Part shown: piece after piece, positions 41,714 to 55,489 of the stretch
How the letters are laid out: each line of letters begins with the position of its first letter
Position numbering within the stretch: position 1 is the first letter of the stretch
Source: Octopus bimaculoides
Taxonomy: Eukaryota
Assembly (NCBI RefSeq): GCF_001194135.2
Contig: NC_068985.1
Coordinates: 124,931,026-124,995,025, forward strand
Direction: 5' to 3'
Length of the DNA stretch: 64,000 nucleotides
Notes under the pieces: model-generated
Told to the model about the DNA's origin: nothing
Seen by the model: only the letters and a program-made list of their open reading frames with translations
Database searches by the model: none
Made by a program: the position numbers and the translations under genes

Positions 41714-41870
41714 CAACAGGCTTCTTTCAGTTTCCGTCTACCAAATCCACTCACAAAGCTTTGGTCGGCCCGAAGACACTTACCCACGATGCCAGGTAGT
41801 GGGACTGAACTTGGAAGCATGCGGTTGGAAAGCAAGCTTCTTACCACTCAACCACTCCTGCGCCTATGCC
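41460..41870 (-). mobile_element. SINE family A, full length
   Basis: Reverse complement of head, internal (TA/CA)n and tail. Confidence 0.85.
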
Positions 41871-42718
41871 CATACTGAAATATTTATGCTAGTTATTTGT
41901 ACAATTTCATTAATGAGGTGGCGTCAAGTTATTCTACTTTTTTATTACAATGCTTCAAGAAAGCTCCAACGCTCTTCCTACATCCATACTGACGTAAATG
42001 CGTGTGTGTGTGAGTGCGTATGTGTCTGTATATGAGCTCGCACGCGTGCATGTATGCGTGTGTGTACATGTTTACACGTGTGTATGAATGTGTGTCTATA
42101 TATGTATATTGTTCATCAACTTTGGAATTATCGGAATGTCATACACCTGTATAACAATTGTTTAGAACCAGTTTTGTCAGTTGTAGGTGTGTTAAGTGTG
42201 AATGTATTTTGTCTATATGTGTGCGTGTGTGTGCGTGTGCGTGCGTGGGTGTGAGAGAAAAGGAGAGAGAAAGAAAGATAGAGAGGTTAATGAGACATTT
42301 TCATGAATGATAACGAACTTTGATGAATGACTAATAAAAATTTATGAAGAAAGAAAACCACCTTGAAATGTTTCCATCGTCACTTCGTTTATAAGGTAAG
42401 TAATTACAAGCACAATCAACACACAAACCAACAATGATGCCTTAACGAAGCAATGAAGGAGTCTTTGCATGGTCTTTTGATTTGCTATCCATAACAACCG
42501 AATATGTGTCAAAAATGGTGTTATTGTCTGCTGTAACCTTATCTGTAAGATAGAAGGGCAAGTTGACGTTCAGGTGTGGTCTTTGACACATGAATGTCCG
42601 ATTTTCAAGATATCAAGCTTAACAACAGAAAGAACAGCAACCTCCTACCACCACCTCGACCATAACGACAACAAGAATAGCATCACCGTGTTCTTTTTAC
42701 CTATTTATATCACTTCCT

Positions 42719-43059
42719 GGACGCGCAATGGCCCAGTGGTTAGGGCAACGGACTCGCGGTCATAGGATCGCGGTTTCGATTCCCAGACCGGGCGTTGTGA
42801 GTGTTTATTGATGGTGGTTAACCCTGCTGTACTCTTTCACCACAACTTTCTCTCACTCTTACTTCCTGTTTCTGTTGTGCCTGTAATTCAAAGGGTCAGC
42901 CTTGTCACACTGTGTAACGCTAAATATCCCCGAGAACTACGTTAAGGGTACACGTGTCTGTGGAGTGCTCAGCCACTTGCACGTTAATTTCACGAGCAGG
43001 CTGTTCCGTTGATCGGATCAACTGGAACCCTCGACGTCGTAAGCGACGGAGTGCCAACA
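42719..43059 (+). mobile_element. OR-type tRNA-Arg-like SINE with 12-bp target-site duplication
   Basis: TSD ATATCACTTCCT at 42707-42718 and 43060-43071; short internal deletion relative to 9526-9899. Confidence 0.9.
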
Positions 43060-43554
43060 ATATCACTTCCTACAGCAAGTCATACTTCGTCATCAAGCAA
43101 CGAAGCAGCATACTGAAAATAACAATACAATTTCCCTGAAATCAGAACCACACCTCTTAAAATGAAAGGGCCACTTTTCAGAAGGTAGTCCTTCATTTAC
43201 GAAAAGATACTGAGTGGTCCCTAGATGAAATGCCTTTGAGCATAAGTCTGCTCGATAAGGACTGATAACACACCAATGTCACACTCTAGCAAATTATCTG
43301 AAGAATAAGTGTGAGTGATGAGTATTATTTGAATGAGCTAATGAACTTATTCTCGATATGGGAATATAGGTCATGAAGTGAATGAATGCGCTTTCCTTTG
43401 ATATTCGGAACAAACCGAGATTCATATGAAGTTCATTGATTGTCTCCTCGTCTTTGGTAATTGGAGTTAGCTGAAATTTATCTTTTGGTTTCCTTAATGT
43501 CTCCTACGTGTCTGATAATTTCTATTAGAACAATTATATTGTAAATAATTTCAT

Positions 43555-43592
<38 letters not shown>

Positions 43593-43593
43593 A

Positions 43594-44155
43594 TAGGCGC
43601 AGGAGTGGCTGTGTGGTAAGTAGCTTGTTTACCAACCGCATGGTTCCGCGTTCAGACCCATTGCATGGCACCTTGGGCAAGTGTATTGTACTACAGCCTC
43701 GGGCTGACCAAAGCCTTGTGAGTGGATTTGGTAGACGGAAACTGAAAGTAGCCCGTCGTATNNNNNNNNNNNNNNNNNNNNNNNNNNNNNNNNNNNNNNN
43801 NNNNNNNNNNNNNNNNNNNNNNNNNNNNNNNNNNNNNNNNNNNNNNNNNNNNNNNNNNNNNNNNNNNNNNNNNNNNNNNNNNNNNNNNNNNNNNNNNNNN
43901 NNNNNNNNNNNNNNNNNNNNNNNNNNNNNNNNNNNNNNNNNNNNNNNNNNNNNNNNNNNNNNNNNNNNNNNNNNNNNNNNNNNNNNNNNNNNNNNNNNNN
44001 NNNNNNNNNNNNNNNNNNNNNNNNNNNNNNNNNNNNNNNNNNNNNNNNNNNNNNNNNNNNNNNNNNNNNNNNNNNNNNNNNNNCGATTTGCTCGACTAAA
44101 GACAGTGCTCCAGCATGGCCGCAGCCAAAAGACTGAAACAAAAGAAAATAAAAGA

Positions 44156-44197
<42 letters not shown>

Positions 44198-44610
44198 GTA
44201 TTTATATATATATATATATATGTATATGTATTTATATATGTTCTTAGTACAAATTTTTATTATCTTTACTTGTTTCAGTCATTTGGCTGCGGCCATGCTG
44301 GGACACCCCCCGAAAGGATTTTAGTTGAATGAATCAACCCCAGTACTTATTGCTTTTTAAAGCCTGGTACCTATTTTCTCGGTCTTTTTTGCCTAACTGC
44401 TAAGTTACGGGGATGTAAACACACCAGCACCGGTTGTCAAGCACCAGTTGACAAACACAAACACACGACATACATGCATGTATATACGACAAGTTTCTTC
44501 TGGTTTCCGTCTACCAAATCCACTTACACAAGTTTTTGCTTTGGTCGAGGCTGTACTATAAGATACTCGGTCAAGGTGTCGCGCAATGAGACTGAACCCG
44601 GAACCATGTG
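43594..44610. mobile_element. Two SINE family A copies, tail to tail
   Basis: Plus copy 43594-~44150 (spans a gap) and minus copy ~44260-44610, separated by (TA)n. Confidence 0.8.
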
Positions 44611-44688
44611 GTTGAGATGCCAACTTCTTACAACAAAGTCACACCTGCGCCCATATTATAAGTATATTTTTTTTAAAACAAATCCTTA

Positions 44689-44735
<47 letters not shown>

Positions 44736-45270
44736 GAGTGAGAGAGCAGTGCATGCCATCAAAGTGACACTGGGGTAGAATATACGAAGCTCATTATACC
44801 CATCATGACTACCCATCTGATAAGGGTACACCAGGCACATGCATCACGACCATGTGTGCGTGACATGGTGATCTCATATCAAGATAAACAGCGCATGACC
44901 TCGCAGGTGGGGCCCAGTTAGAATTTTATTCAGGTCGAGTAGCTCGTCCCGCTCAAAAGGTCCCTGAATAATGTTTGTTTAAGGATGTTGAGCAAAACAC
45001 CCATGTTTCCAAAGGTGAATTATTTAAACCCCAAAGAATTTCTCTCAGCACATGGCTATGATGCTCCCCCACAACTTCTGCTCATGATCAGAGATGCACA
45101 TATCATAAGCCACTAAGGGACATGCTCAACTGGTTACGGTCAATCAACTAACAAGCAAATCTGTGGTATTAAGCAGAACATTTACCAAGAAAAAACAATG
45201 TACATGATAACACTTCCAATCAATTAAGATCAGAAGCCATGAGAGCCACTGCCTGGTACTGTATCCGGGC
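44736..45270 (-). mobile_element. (AAT)n-flanked family D element
   Basis: Reverse complement of 24657-25202; (TTA)n on both sides. Confidence 0.85.
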
Positions 45271-45273
45271 CTC

Positions 45274-45333
<60 letters not shown>

Positions 45334-46309
45334 CATCATCATCATTATTATTACAAGGCTGTTGTACTGACATTTCTTCCCGCTGCTAACGTCTTGAGTT
45401 CAAATTCAGACTCGATGAACTTTCTCTTTCGTCTCTCCGGGGTCGATAAAATAAAGTACCAGCCAAGTACAAGTTTTATGGTATCGACTAATTTGCTGGC
45501 CATGTTCCTAATTCAGACACATTTATTACAAAGAGCGGTAGTTTTAGCAGAACCACTTTTGTTAAACGATCGACCCGATGTCTACGTTTAATCTATACTA
45601 ACTTCTTATACAGACATTTTCTAGAAGAGCAACTCTGATGCAAGTTTCAATAGTTATACATCAGTTTAGCGGAGAAAAGGGGAGGTAAGTGCGGAAACAT
45701 GAATGTATAGGTCGGTGTTATGTGATTTCTGTATAAGTCGCAATGAAAATGTGTGTACGTAGCAAGCCATGTTGTAGATGTATATCTACAAATGTACGTA
45801 TACGTGTGCGTAAAATTATGTTTTAAACAATGATTCAGCTCTTTTACGTGAGATTTTGAATGTGTATGTATGTGTATATGTGTGTATCTGCATGCAGTAT
45901 ATACAGTTCTTCTTAAAGTATTGATTCATCATTTTTGTTCGTACGTGTGTGTGTGTGTGTGTGGTGCGGAAATCCACGCTAATGTACGAATGGATCTGAT
46001 TGCAACATTCAGAAAAGCCAATTATATTACTCCTACTACTGTAATATAAGCCTCTTCGAAGTGGTGGTGGTTATTACTGTCCCCCTCTTCCCCCTCCTCC
46101 TACCCTCCTCCTACCCTCCTCTTCCTCCTCTTCCTGTTCCTCCTCTTCCTTCTACGCCACCTCCTCCTCTCTATTTCTCTTTTACTTTTTAATTCTTTCC
46201 CCGGCCTACACATTTCTTATTCAATAACACTCTAGCTTCTCTGTCAGTCTGTTTCTCTGTCTGTCTGTCTGTCTGTCTCTCTTTCTCTCTGTCTCTGTCT
46301 CTCTTTCTT

Positions 46310-46347
<38 letters not shown>

Positions 46348-46717
46348 TCTCTCTCTCCCCCTCTCTCTCTGTCATTGACAAAACTTCGTTTTTATATCTC
46401 TTCTCACGGTAGCAGGCTTCCAATCGTGGTAACATGTAAGATTCAATATATGTGTACCACACAAAAGACTGCAGTATGTTTTATAAAGTAAAATTAAAAT
46501 AGGAAGTCAACCGTTCGTATCCCAGTGTTGCTGTTGCTACCGATCTCTTCTTTTACTTTCATAAATTAAATTAACGGATTATTTAGATTAACGATGGTGA
46601 GAACTTATTTTAATGAAACGGTGTAACTGAGTTTACAATCTCTCCTTATTAACAGACGTCAAGGCGATGAGCTGGCCCAATAAAATACTTAATTACATTT
46701 CTTCCGGTTCTCTTTGC

Positions 46718-46800
<83 letters not shown>

Positions 46801-46824
46801 CTAAATATTATCATTATTACGTTA

Positions 46825-47311
46825 AAGGGCTGGCAGAGTCGTTAGCACGCCGGGCGAAATACTTAGCGGTATTTCTTCCGTGTCTACGTTCTGAGTTCAA
46901 ATTCCGCCAAGGATGACTTTGCCCTTTCATCCTTTCGGAGTCGATTATTGAGTACCAGTGAAACACTGGGGTCGATGTAATCGGCTTACACCATCCCCAC
47001 TAAATTTCAGGCCTTGTGCCTTTAGTAGAAAGGATTATTACGTTGAAAGTTTGGGAGCAGACAGAATCGTTACTGCGCCAGACAAAATGCTTAATAGTTT
47101 GTCTTCTGGCTCTTTACATTCTCAGTTCAAATTCCGCCGAAGTTGACTTTACGTTTCATCCTTTCGGGATTGATAAAATAAATTTCACTTGAGCACTGTG
47201 TCGATGTAATCTGCAGGCCTTCTGCCCTCCAAACTTCATGTCTTGTGCCTATAACAGAAACATTTAATAGATGTCAAAAGCAGTGGATTGGGAGAATCAT
47301 TAGAGTAGCAA

Positions 47312-47345
<34 letters not shown>

Positions 47346-47575
47346 GCCCTTTCTACTATAGGCATAAGGCCTGAAGATTTTGGGGGAGGGGACTAGTCGA
47401 TTACATCGACCCCAGTGCGTAACTGGTATTTATTTTTCCTGCTCCGAAAGGATGAAAGGCAAAGTCAACCTCGGCGGAAATTGAACTCAAAACGTAGCGA
47501 CGGGCGAAATACTGCTAAGCATTTCTCCCAGCGTGCTACCAGATGATGATGCTGCTGCTGATGATGATGATGATG

Positions 47576-47621
<46 letters not shown>

Positions 47622-47629
47622 TAATAACG

Positions 47630-47660
<31 letters not shown>

Positions 47661-47971
47661 AATGCTTTGCGATATTTGTTTCCGTTGTTTAAAGGTTGAG
47701 TTCAAATCCTGCCGAGGTTGACTTGCTTTTCATCCTTTCGTGGTCGATATTTCAGTCTTTATGATTATATTGGTTTCAAATTTTCGCACAAGGCCCAATT
47801 TCGGGGATGGAGGTTAGTCGATTACATCCACTCCAGTACTCAATTGATACCTTATTTTATCGGCTTCAGTCCCACTGCGTGATACCTTGGGTAAGTGTAT
47901 TCTACTATAGCCTCAGGCCGACCAAAGCCTTGTGAGTGGATTTGGTAGACGGAAACTAAAAGAAGCCCGTC

Positions 47972-48003
<32 letters not shown>

Positions 48004-48225
48004 GTGTGTTTGTGTGTCTGTGTTTGTCTCCCCAACATCGCTTGACAACCGATGCTGGTGTGTTTACATCCCCGTAAATTAGCGGTTCGGCAAAAGAGAC
48101 CGATAGAATAAGTACTAGGCTTACAAAGAATAAGTCCTGTGGTCGATTTGCTCGACTAAAGGCGGTGCTCCAGCATGGCCGCAGTCAAGTCAAATGACTG
48201 AAACAAGTAAATGAGTAAAGAGAGA
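46825..48225. mobile_element. Dense cluster of SINE families B and A
   Basis: Family B (+) ~46825-47040 and ~47050-47270; B (-) ~47345-47540; B fragments to ~47865; 5'-truncated family A (+) ~47866-48225. Confidence 0.8.
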
Positions 48226-48383
48226 GTATATATCAGACTATGCAGTTAAAGGTTTCTCTTTGCAAACCGCTTCGTTCCTTGGAAAATGCCTTCGACTATA
48301 ACCTTAATCGACCAATACTTTGGAAATAATATCTTAATATCAGGAAACATGTATGTGCGTGTGTATGTGTGTGTGTGTGTGTA

Positions 48384-48423
<40 letters not shown>

Positions 48424-48976
48424 TGTGTGCGCGTAACGATGTTATAGTCTGTATCGAGCAGTCGTTGTGTATGTTTTCTATTTTTGCTCCAAAGGGACAT
48501 AACTCAATACGAAACCTATTCTTTACCCAAGCCTTAAATATATTCGGTTAAAGGAGTACTAGAACATTGTTGGATTATGGAGGTCAGGAGGACAGGTAAG
48601 GTGGCAGGGGCATCTGTGGTGTTGGAGAGCACAAGAGGAAGGATAGCGGAGGGTAGAGTATCTAAGGTAGTGGACAAAATTACTTTAAAGTGTTTTATTT
48701 TCTTGTATTCTTTTACTGGCCTCATTCATTGAACTGTGATCATTGCGGGATACCAGATTCAAGGGTTTGAGATCAATTATATTGACTTTGGTATTCAGAG
48801 TGGTACTCATTTTATTGAATGGTTGAGTTCACATATTGAGTTGTCACTTATAGAAAGTTATCTCCCTTCAGCGACTTAACGTATTTATACCGGTTTAGAT
48901 CAACTCTCCCTTCCACTCATTCGCACTCGGCCCCCGTAAAAATATATACGTTCATATTAACATATGCATTGGTGTT

Positions 48977-49059
<83 letters not shown>

Positions 49060-49629
49060 GACGGGATTCTACAATGTTTCTCCTCTGCCAAAACTTTCTC
49101 ACAAGGCATCGGTCAATCAAGTGCTATGGAGGGACCGAATTCAGAAGCATGCAATTTCGTAGTGAATCTTAATTGATTCTCTATAAACCAAAGCAAAAAT
49201 AGAGGTTTTTGTTAGATATTTTACATTCTGATTTCAAATCCAGTTCCATAATTGTTTTATAATTTGATTCTGATTTAAATTCAGAACTTAAAAGGCCGTA
49301 TACTGTTACATTCCTCCTTATATTCATTTCAAACTAAGCAATATCGAAGCTCCCTGTCTTCATCCTACCAAAACACGCACGATCGATAAAACAAGTATCT
49401 TTCAAGTGCTGAAGCCAGTTTTATTGTCTCTGCCATCCTCCAAAATATGTCTATTTAGTTATAGCACTTTTTGCATCTCTGAGTTCAAGTCTTGCTGAAG
49501 TCATCTTAACTATTAATCCTTCCTTCCTTCCTTGTTAAAATAAAATGCCAATCAAATGCTAGAGCCCATTGAATCAACAAGTCCCTTTCCTCAATTTTCT
49601 TGTTGTTAAGTTGGAATTATTATTTGAGC

Positions 49630-50240
49630 TCAAGGCGGCGAGCTGGCAGAAACGTTAGCACGTCGTGCGAAATGCTTAGCGGTATTTCGTCTGCCGTTCC
49701 ACCGAGGTCGACTTTGCCTTTCATCCATTCGGAGTCGATAAATTAAATACCAGTTGTGTACTGGTGTCGGTCTAATCGACTAGCCCCCTCCCCAAAACTT
49801 TCGAGCCTTGTGCCTAAAGTAGAAAACTTTATTATTCGAGCGCAAGGAGTTGAGTTGGCAGAATCGTTAGCCCGTCAGACAGAATGCTTAGCTACATTTC
49901 TTCTGGTTCTTTATGTTGTGAGTTCAAATTCTGCCGAGGTCGATTTTACCTTTAATCCTTTCAGGATCGATACCTTTACCTTTAATATTTTCGGGATCGA
50001 TAAAATAAAGTACCAGTAAAGTACTTGCTTTACCCTCACAAAATTCTTGACCTTGTGCCAAAAATTAGAAAGTGCAAATCACGCCGAGGTCAACCTAAAC
50101 TTTTCGACGTCGATAAAATGAAGTAACAATCAAACAGTGGAGTCGATGTAGTCGGTTAGTTGAGCACTGAAGTCGATGTAATCGGCTATCCTGCTTCCTT
50201 ACAATTATTGGCCTTGTGCCAAAATTAGAAAGAATTATAT
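49630..50240 (+). mobile_element. Tandem array of SINE family B copies and partial copies
   Basis: About 4 same-orientation units ending in ccttgtgcc(t/a)aaa.tagaaa. Confidence 0.8.
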
Positions 50241-50241
50241 T

Positions 50242-50455
50242 TACAGTAATCCCTCGACGATCGCGGATGTTACGTTCTAAAACCCCGCGCGATAGGTGAA
50301 AATCCGCGAAGTATATTATTTAAAAAATTTTTTATCATTTTTATAATTTGTATATATTTATTTTATAAATGCAAAACAACACCACGGAGGAATCGACGTA
50401 AACTTAAACAATAAGCCGCGATAGGTGAACTGCGATATGTCAAGAGATTACTGTA
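50242..50455. mobile_element. Tigger/pogo-like MITE
   Basis: TA-cagtaatccctcgacgatcgcgg ... tgcgatatgtcaagagattactg-TA; TA flanks and CAGT termini. Confidence 0.8.
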
Positions 50456-50849
50456 TTACTTTGTTAAACTCTTCCACCTATTTACTCAGTATCCCTCTTT
50501 CTTTCCCCCATCTCTCTCTTAGTGAAGATACGTGAACGGATGGATGGGGTACGAGGCTAACGATCATGAAGTCGTGGGTTCTATCCCTGGACAGTGACTG
50601 TGCGTTGTGTCCTTCTGAAAGGCACTTCATTTTAAGTTGCTCTCCTTATTCCACTCTGCTGAGACGGATACCAACTGAGTTTTGGTGCGGACCTTTCTTC
50701 TCCCAGCTGTCACAACCTGGCTGTTCTACAAGCTCAAGGATGTGAAAGGTGAGATGTCAACGTCTACCCGTGACTACATCAGCACCTAAGCAATTAGTGA
50801 TAGCATCGCTTGCGATTGCGGGTAGTAATATCTTTCTCTCCCTCTCTCG

Positions 50850-50936
<87 letters not shown>

Positions 50937-50940
50937 TCTA

Positions 50941-51012
<72 letters not shown>

Positions 51013-51025
51013 NNNNNNNNNNTCG

Positions 51026-51112
<87 letters not shown>

Positions 51113-51116
51113 TCTA

Positions 51117-51190
<74 letters not shown>

Positions 51191-51553
51191 AGTCTATCAT
51201 TTTGTTCAAATCTTCACTTGTTCTTTAGATATGTATTTTTATGAGAATTTCCTTTTCCTTTTATTGTATTCTTTCTCTATGTCTCTAAGTTTTTTCTCCT
51301 TTCATTCATTTATTCTTTCTTTTATCTTTTACTTTCTTTCTTTCTTTTTTCCTTCCTCTCCAGCATTCTTTTAACCACTTACTCTTTCAATATTCTTTTT
51401 TTTCAGTTTTAGTATGTATGTATGTATGTATGTATGTATGTATGTATGTATGTGTGTGTGTATGTATGTATGTATGCATGTATCTATCTATCTATCGTTT
51501 CCTCTTTCTATCAAATTGTGTTTTAACTAACGCTTTTATTGTTATCGTTTCAG

Positions 51554-53061
51554 TGGCGATGGCCTGGTTATGTGTTCGTGCTCTACAGGATGGGTCTATG
51601 TTTATTTTCAATGACAAGTTTGATAGATTATTTGATAATGACGTCAGAAGAGTCTGCACTGCAGCACAACGTCTTTGCATACATCACCACTTGGACATAC
51701 ATTACCCTCGTCTTCTACCTGTTCATGGCTGCTATTGTCACAGCTTACTTCTATTGGCGGCGCCAGATTCGTAAATTGAGCGCTTCTTGGTCACCATCTT
51801 CTAAATTCACGTCTTTGTCGACGTTAATGGCAGCTTCAAGCCCGAATCTGCATACAACAAGCTCGGCCTTCATTTTAGCCACGACAGCAACGCCAAGACG
51901 AAACAGGGATACTGAGATGAGCAAACATAAGAGAAAACCTCAGGAAATAGCGATGAAGCTACAACAGCAGAAACTTCACCGTCAGCACCAGCATCCCCGT
52001 CATCAGCATCATCTACATCAGCGTCCTCCTCCGCCCCCGCCCCCNNNNNNNNNNNNNNNNNNNNNNNNNNNNNNNNNNNNNNNNNNNNNNNNNNNNNNNN
52101 NNNNNNNNNNNNNNNNCCCCCACCTCCTCCTCCGCCTCATCTCCATCGTGGGCATTATCTCTACGAGCAACAACCTCACATCGATCATACTCAGTATCAT
52201 TACAATTATCAACAAGAACCTCCGCAACAGCAACAGTTTCCTCTCCCAGCACTACCTACCCCACACCCACCATCCTCTACTCCCCCTCCGCCACCGTCCC
52301 CTCTTCTATCCCCACCGCCAAGTCCACCGCCATCATCAATACCTTCGCTTTTATCGTCACCGCCACCGCCACCGCTGCCGCCGTTCGACAAGAGTGACTA
52401 TACCAGCAGAACAGCCTCATCGATGGTGACCCGAAATTTCAATAGCAACACCAGTGCTTCTTCAGAAAGAACTCCTCAGAACAATAATGACTGGTATCAG
52501 AAACTGACAAACACCAGCTTCACGCTTGGAGAACGAAACGAAGAATCCGTTTCATTTTCAGATCCGGATTTTACATTCAAACGCTCTTCGACCCGCTGCT
52601 ATTTTCAGCTTTGTTGGTTACTGTACGAAACCTTGTTTGTTTCGGCCATATCGGTGGGTTCAATCTATCTCATCGAACTTCTACCGCAGCTTAGACAGCA
52701 ACCAGAACGCCGCACAGTGTCATTTGCCGATATCGGTGTTAATTGCATCAATTCTTTATTGATATTCTCCGAAGTCTTCATATGTGCTTACCCAGTCCGC
52801 CTTTTGCATGTAATTTATCCGATAATTTATGCCATTTCTTATATTGTATTTAGTTTAGCTTATTGGTCTTATGATACTGAAGCAAACGTCATCTATCCCA
52901 GCATTCTAAATTGGAACAATCCCGGCTTGACCGCAGCTCAAATTGTCTTGCTTGTGTTCGTTGTTATTCCGCTGTTGAATGCAGTGCATTTCGGTCTCTA
53001 TCACTTGCGGTTGTTCATTTACAGACAGATATATATGGAAGATTACTTATTTATCTTATAA
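51554..53061 (+). CDS. rost: Rolling stone-like multipass membrane protein, terminal coding exon
   Basis: Acceptor ttatcgtttcag (AG at 51552-51553), phase 0. N-part WRWPGYVFVLYRMGLCLF..FAYITTWTY..YLFMAAIV; C-part QLCWLLY..NCINSLL..AYPVRLLHVIYP..VIYPSILNWNNPG..HFGLYHLRLFIY; TAA at 53059-53061. These match recalled Rost motifs (YRW, YLTNW, HPxRLLH, IYxxLDWxxPG). The frame is open on both sides of a 72-N gap in a poly-Pro tract; a true gap length of 3k+1 would join them. Confidence 0.88.
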
Positions 53062-53106
53062 ATAACATCATTCCTTATTTTTATGTACAAAAATTATAAA
53101 AACAAA

Positions 53107-53112
53107 AATAAA
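53107..53112 (+). promoter_or_regulatory. Candidate polyadenylation signal (AATAAA)
   Basis: 46 nt after the rost stop codon, but in AT-rich context. Confidence 0.35.
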
Positions 53113-55013
53113 AATATTAAGCCAAGCAACGTCGTGAACACTAAGAAACCCCTTCAAAATAATGAGTTTTGTTTGCAGAGTTATAATTAAGCGTCGATCT
53201 ACCTCTCACCCACAGATGCCTTGTCTTCTGCTATAAAAATCAAGCCTAAAACGTGTACGGAAGGTGCAAAGAGAAGTCAAGTCATTAAAACTTTTCTTGT
53301 AGTGTATTATTTATAGAAGTGAAATTTCAGGTGGTAATTGAAACCGTGTAAAGTATTCAACTTATTTTCTATGATAGTCTTTTCTCTGTGATTGACAACC
53401 TCCGGGAAAAATTTGGTATGGAGGAAAAGAATTCTTTTCGATCCCCAGTAGTTGTAGTATGTACTCTCAAAATTCAAGAAAGCTGGTAATTCTTTTTATC
53501 TTTTAATTTAGTGAAGGCACCCACTTGGCTCTTCGAATTCCGGACCAATGTACCAGCTAATACTCTTTTATTGGATAAGCTGATTAAGCTATATCTTTCA
53601 CAGGTTTCACGCATGGCTGTGTAGTTAAAAGCTTCCTCCGTAGCTACGTCTATTATGGTTCTATCTTACTGCAAACAATTTAGGCAAATAGCTTTATGTT
53701 GATTGAAGCTTTGGGAGAGAAATCTGGTAGACGGAATCTATGAATGCCCGTCGACAGGACTCTGCTCTCAGGTGGTAGATTTAAACTATTGTTAATCAAT
53801 CACCCAGTTAACACCATCAACCAGTGGCTCTTTGGTGCTTTTAAGCTTTCACACTAGTCACTGATTTCAGGACAACCTTCTTCCTTTCTTCCAACTCTAT
53901 AAAAGGCATTACTATAAGAATCTATAAAAGGCATTACTCTTTCTCTCTACAAAGCCATTAAAAAAAAAAACGATAATTAGCTCGGGAATTTAATGCACAA
54001 TTTAAAACGACAGAGATCTGTATTTCTAACTTTTACCAACAATGTAAGCGAAAGCAGTGTCATGTAAGATAATCACCTAGCACTTGAAACAGTATCTCTT
54101 TCCCCCAGTACTTGTGTTTTCTAACTGAAATAACTACTGATGTTTTGTATCGACAAATCCTCATTTTCTATTAAGGAGTGTATTTAGGTTGTTCGTTTGA
54201 AAATTATAAAGAATTAAATGGAAATACTAAGTTCTCTCATTGCAAGCAGTTATTCTGCCTTCTCGGTGATCAATGGCAAAACAAAATCGAAGAAACGCAG
54301 CTGTACTCTCGGTGTTTCGCCAAGTTTGTTTAAATTTATTGCACTTAAAATTGTCAAGATAGATTATTTTCAATGTAGCAAGGTTAGCAAAATTCTGCTA
54401 TCGGCCATGTACATATCATTTGTTATTTCTTTTTTCAGTGATTCTCCATAATGGTCATACCATTATCGAAGGAATCTGGAAAACATACAACGATTTTAGA
54501 GTTACGAAAAAAGGAAAAGTCCGGAGGGACTTAACAGATGTTATTGCCTCAAAATATGGTATAAGTGAATGGCATGGTCTTCAAGGAAACAAGGATAGTA
54601 AAAAAAAAATAATAAATAAAGGAAAGCGAAATCTTTTTTGTGTTCAGAAACAATCTTTCTGTGATAATTCACCGTCGATTCCCAGTTGTATCCATTTGAC
54701 GTAAGAATCCTATGAATTTAGAAAAACCTTGGATTTCGAAGCAGCCTGTTATTGCGTTAACTTTGGAAGAACCTCTTGGGTAAAACAGAAACACCACTTA
54801 AAGATATAAAATTCAAAGTAAAGCTGGCTAAACCATCCATCACCTGCCCTACATTCGACGTTGGTGTTTGTACCAACCGTCTTGATTCTAAGAACTGACA
54901 GTGGATTGTTCATATATCATGATTCAGAATTGGTAGTCAGAAAAGTGATAAATCTTCGTGGATAGGGCACTAAACTAACGAAGGTAAACAACGTGAGCTC
55001 ATATTGTCTAAAG

Positions 55014-55489
55014 CAGTAGGTCTCAACAACTTTTTATTCATGTACCCACCTTTGATTATTATTTTACTCTACTTGACCTCCATAATCATTTGCTGGATAT
55101 AAAAAAGTCTTATGTATTTTTATTATTAAAAATTAGGTATTGTATATAAGGCAGCGAGCTATTAGAAATGTTAGCACGCCGGGCAAAGTGCTCCGCGGCA
55201 TTTCGTCCATTTTTTTTTTACGTTCTGAGTTCAAATTCTGTCTTTTCATCATTTTGGGGTCGATAAGATAAGTAGCAGCTAAGCATTGGGGGTCAATGTA
55301 ATCGACTTACCACTCCCCTGAAATTGATGGTTTTGTGGTAAAATTTGAAATCAATATTAGGAATTGTATGAAAAATTAAAAACATTTTGTGTACTGTAGA
55401 AATATAATTAGTGTATTGCATATAAATTTTAGCAACAAAATATTATATAGACCCTCAGGGGTCTGATGCACCCCAGCTGAGAGCCACTC
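55014..55489. mobile_element. hAT (Charlie-like) MITE with a nested family B SINE
   Basis: Ends cagtaggtctcaac and gctgagagccactc; 8-bp TSD gtctaaag (55006-55013) and gtctatag (55490-55497); family B SINE at ~55148-55350. Confidence 0.7.

Noticed and set aside
48530-48730. Purine-rich segment with a cag/gtaagg donor, considered as an upstream rost exon
   Set aside because: In-frame stop shortly upstream and no Rost motif; more likely a TE remnant.
54420-54970. Fragmented ORF with weak HTH-like GKVRRDLTDVIASKYGISE
   Set aside because: Possibly a pogo/Tc1 remnant, but no TIRs or catalytic motifs were recognised.
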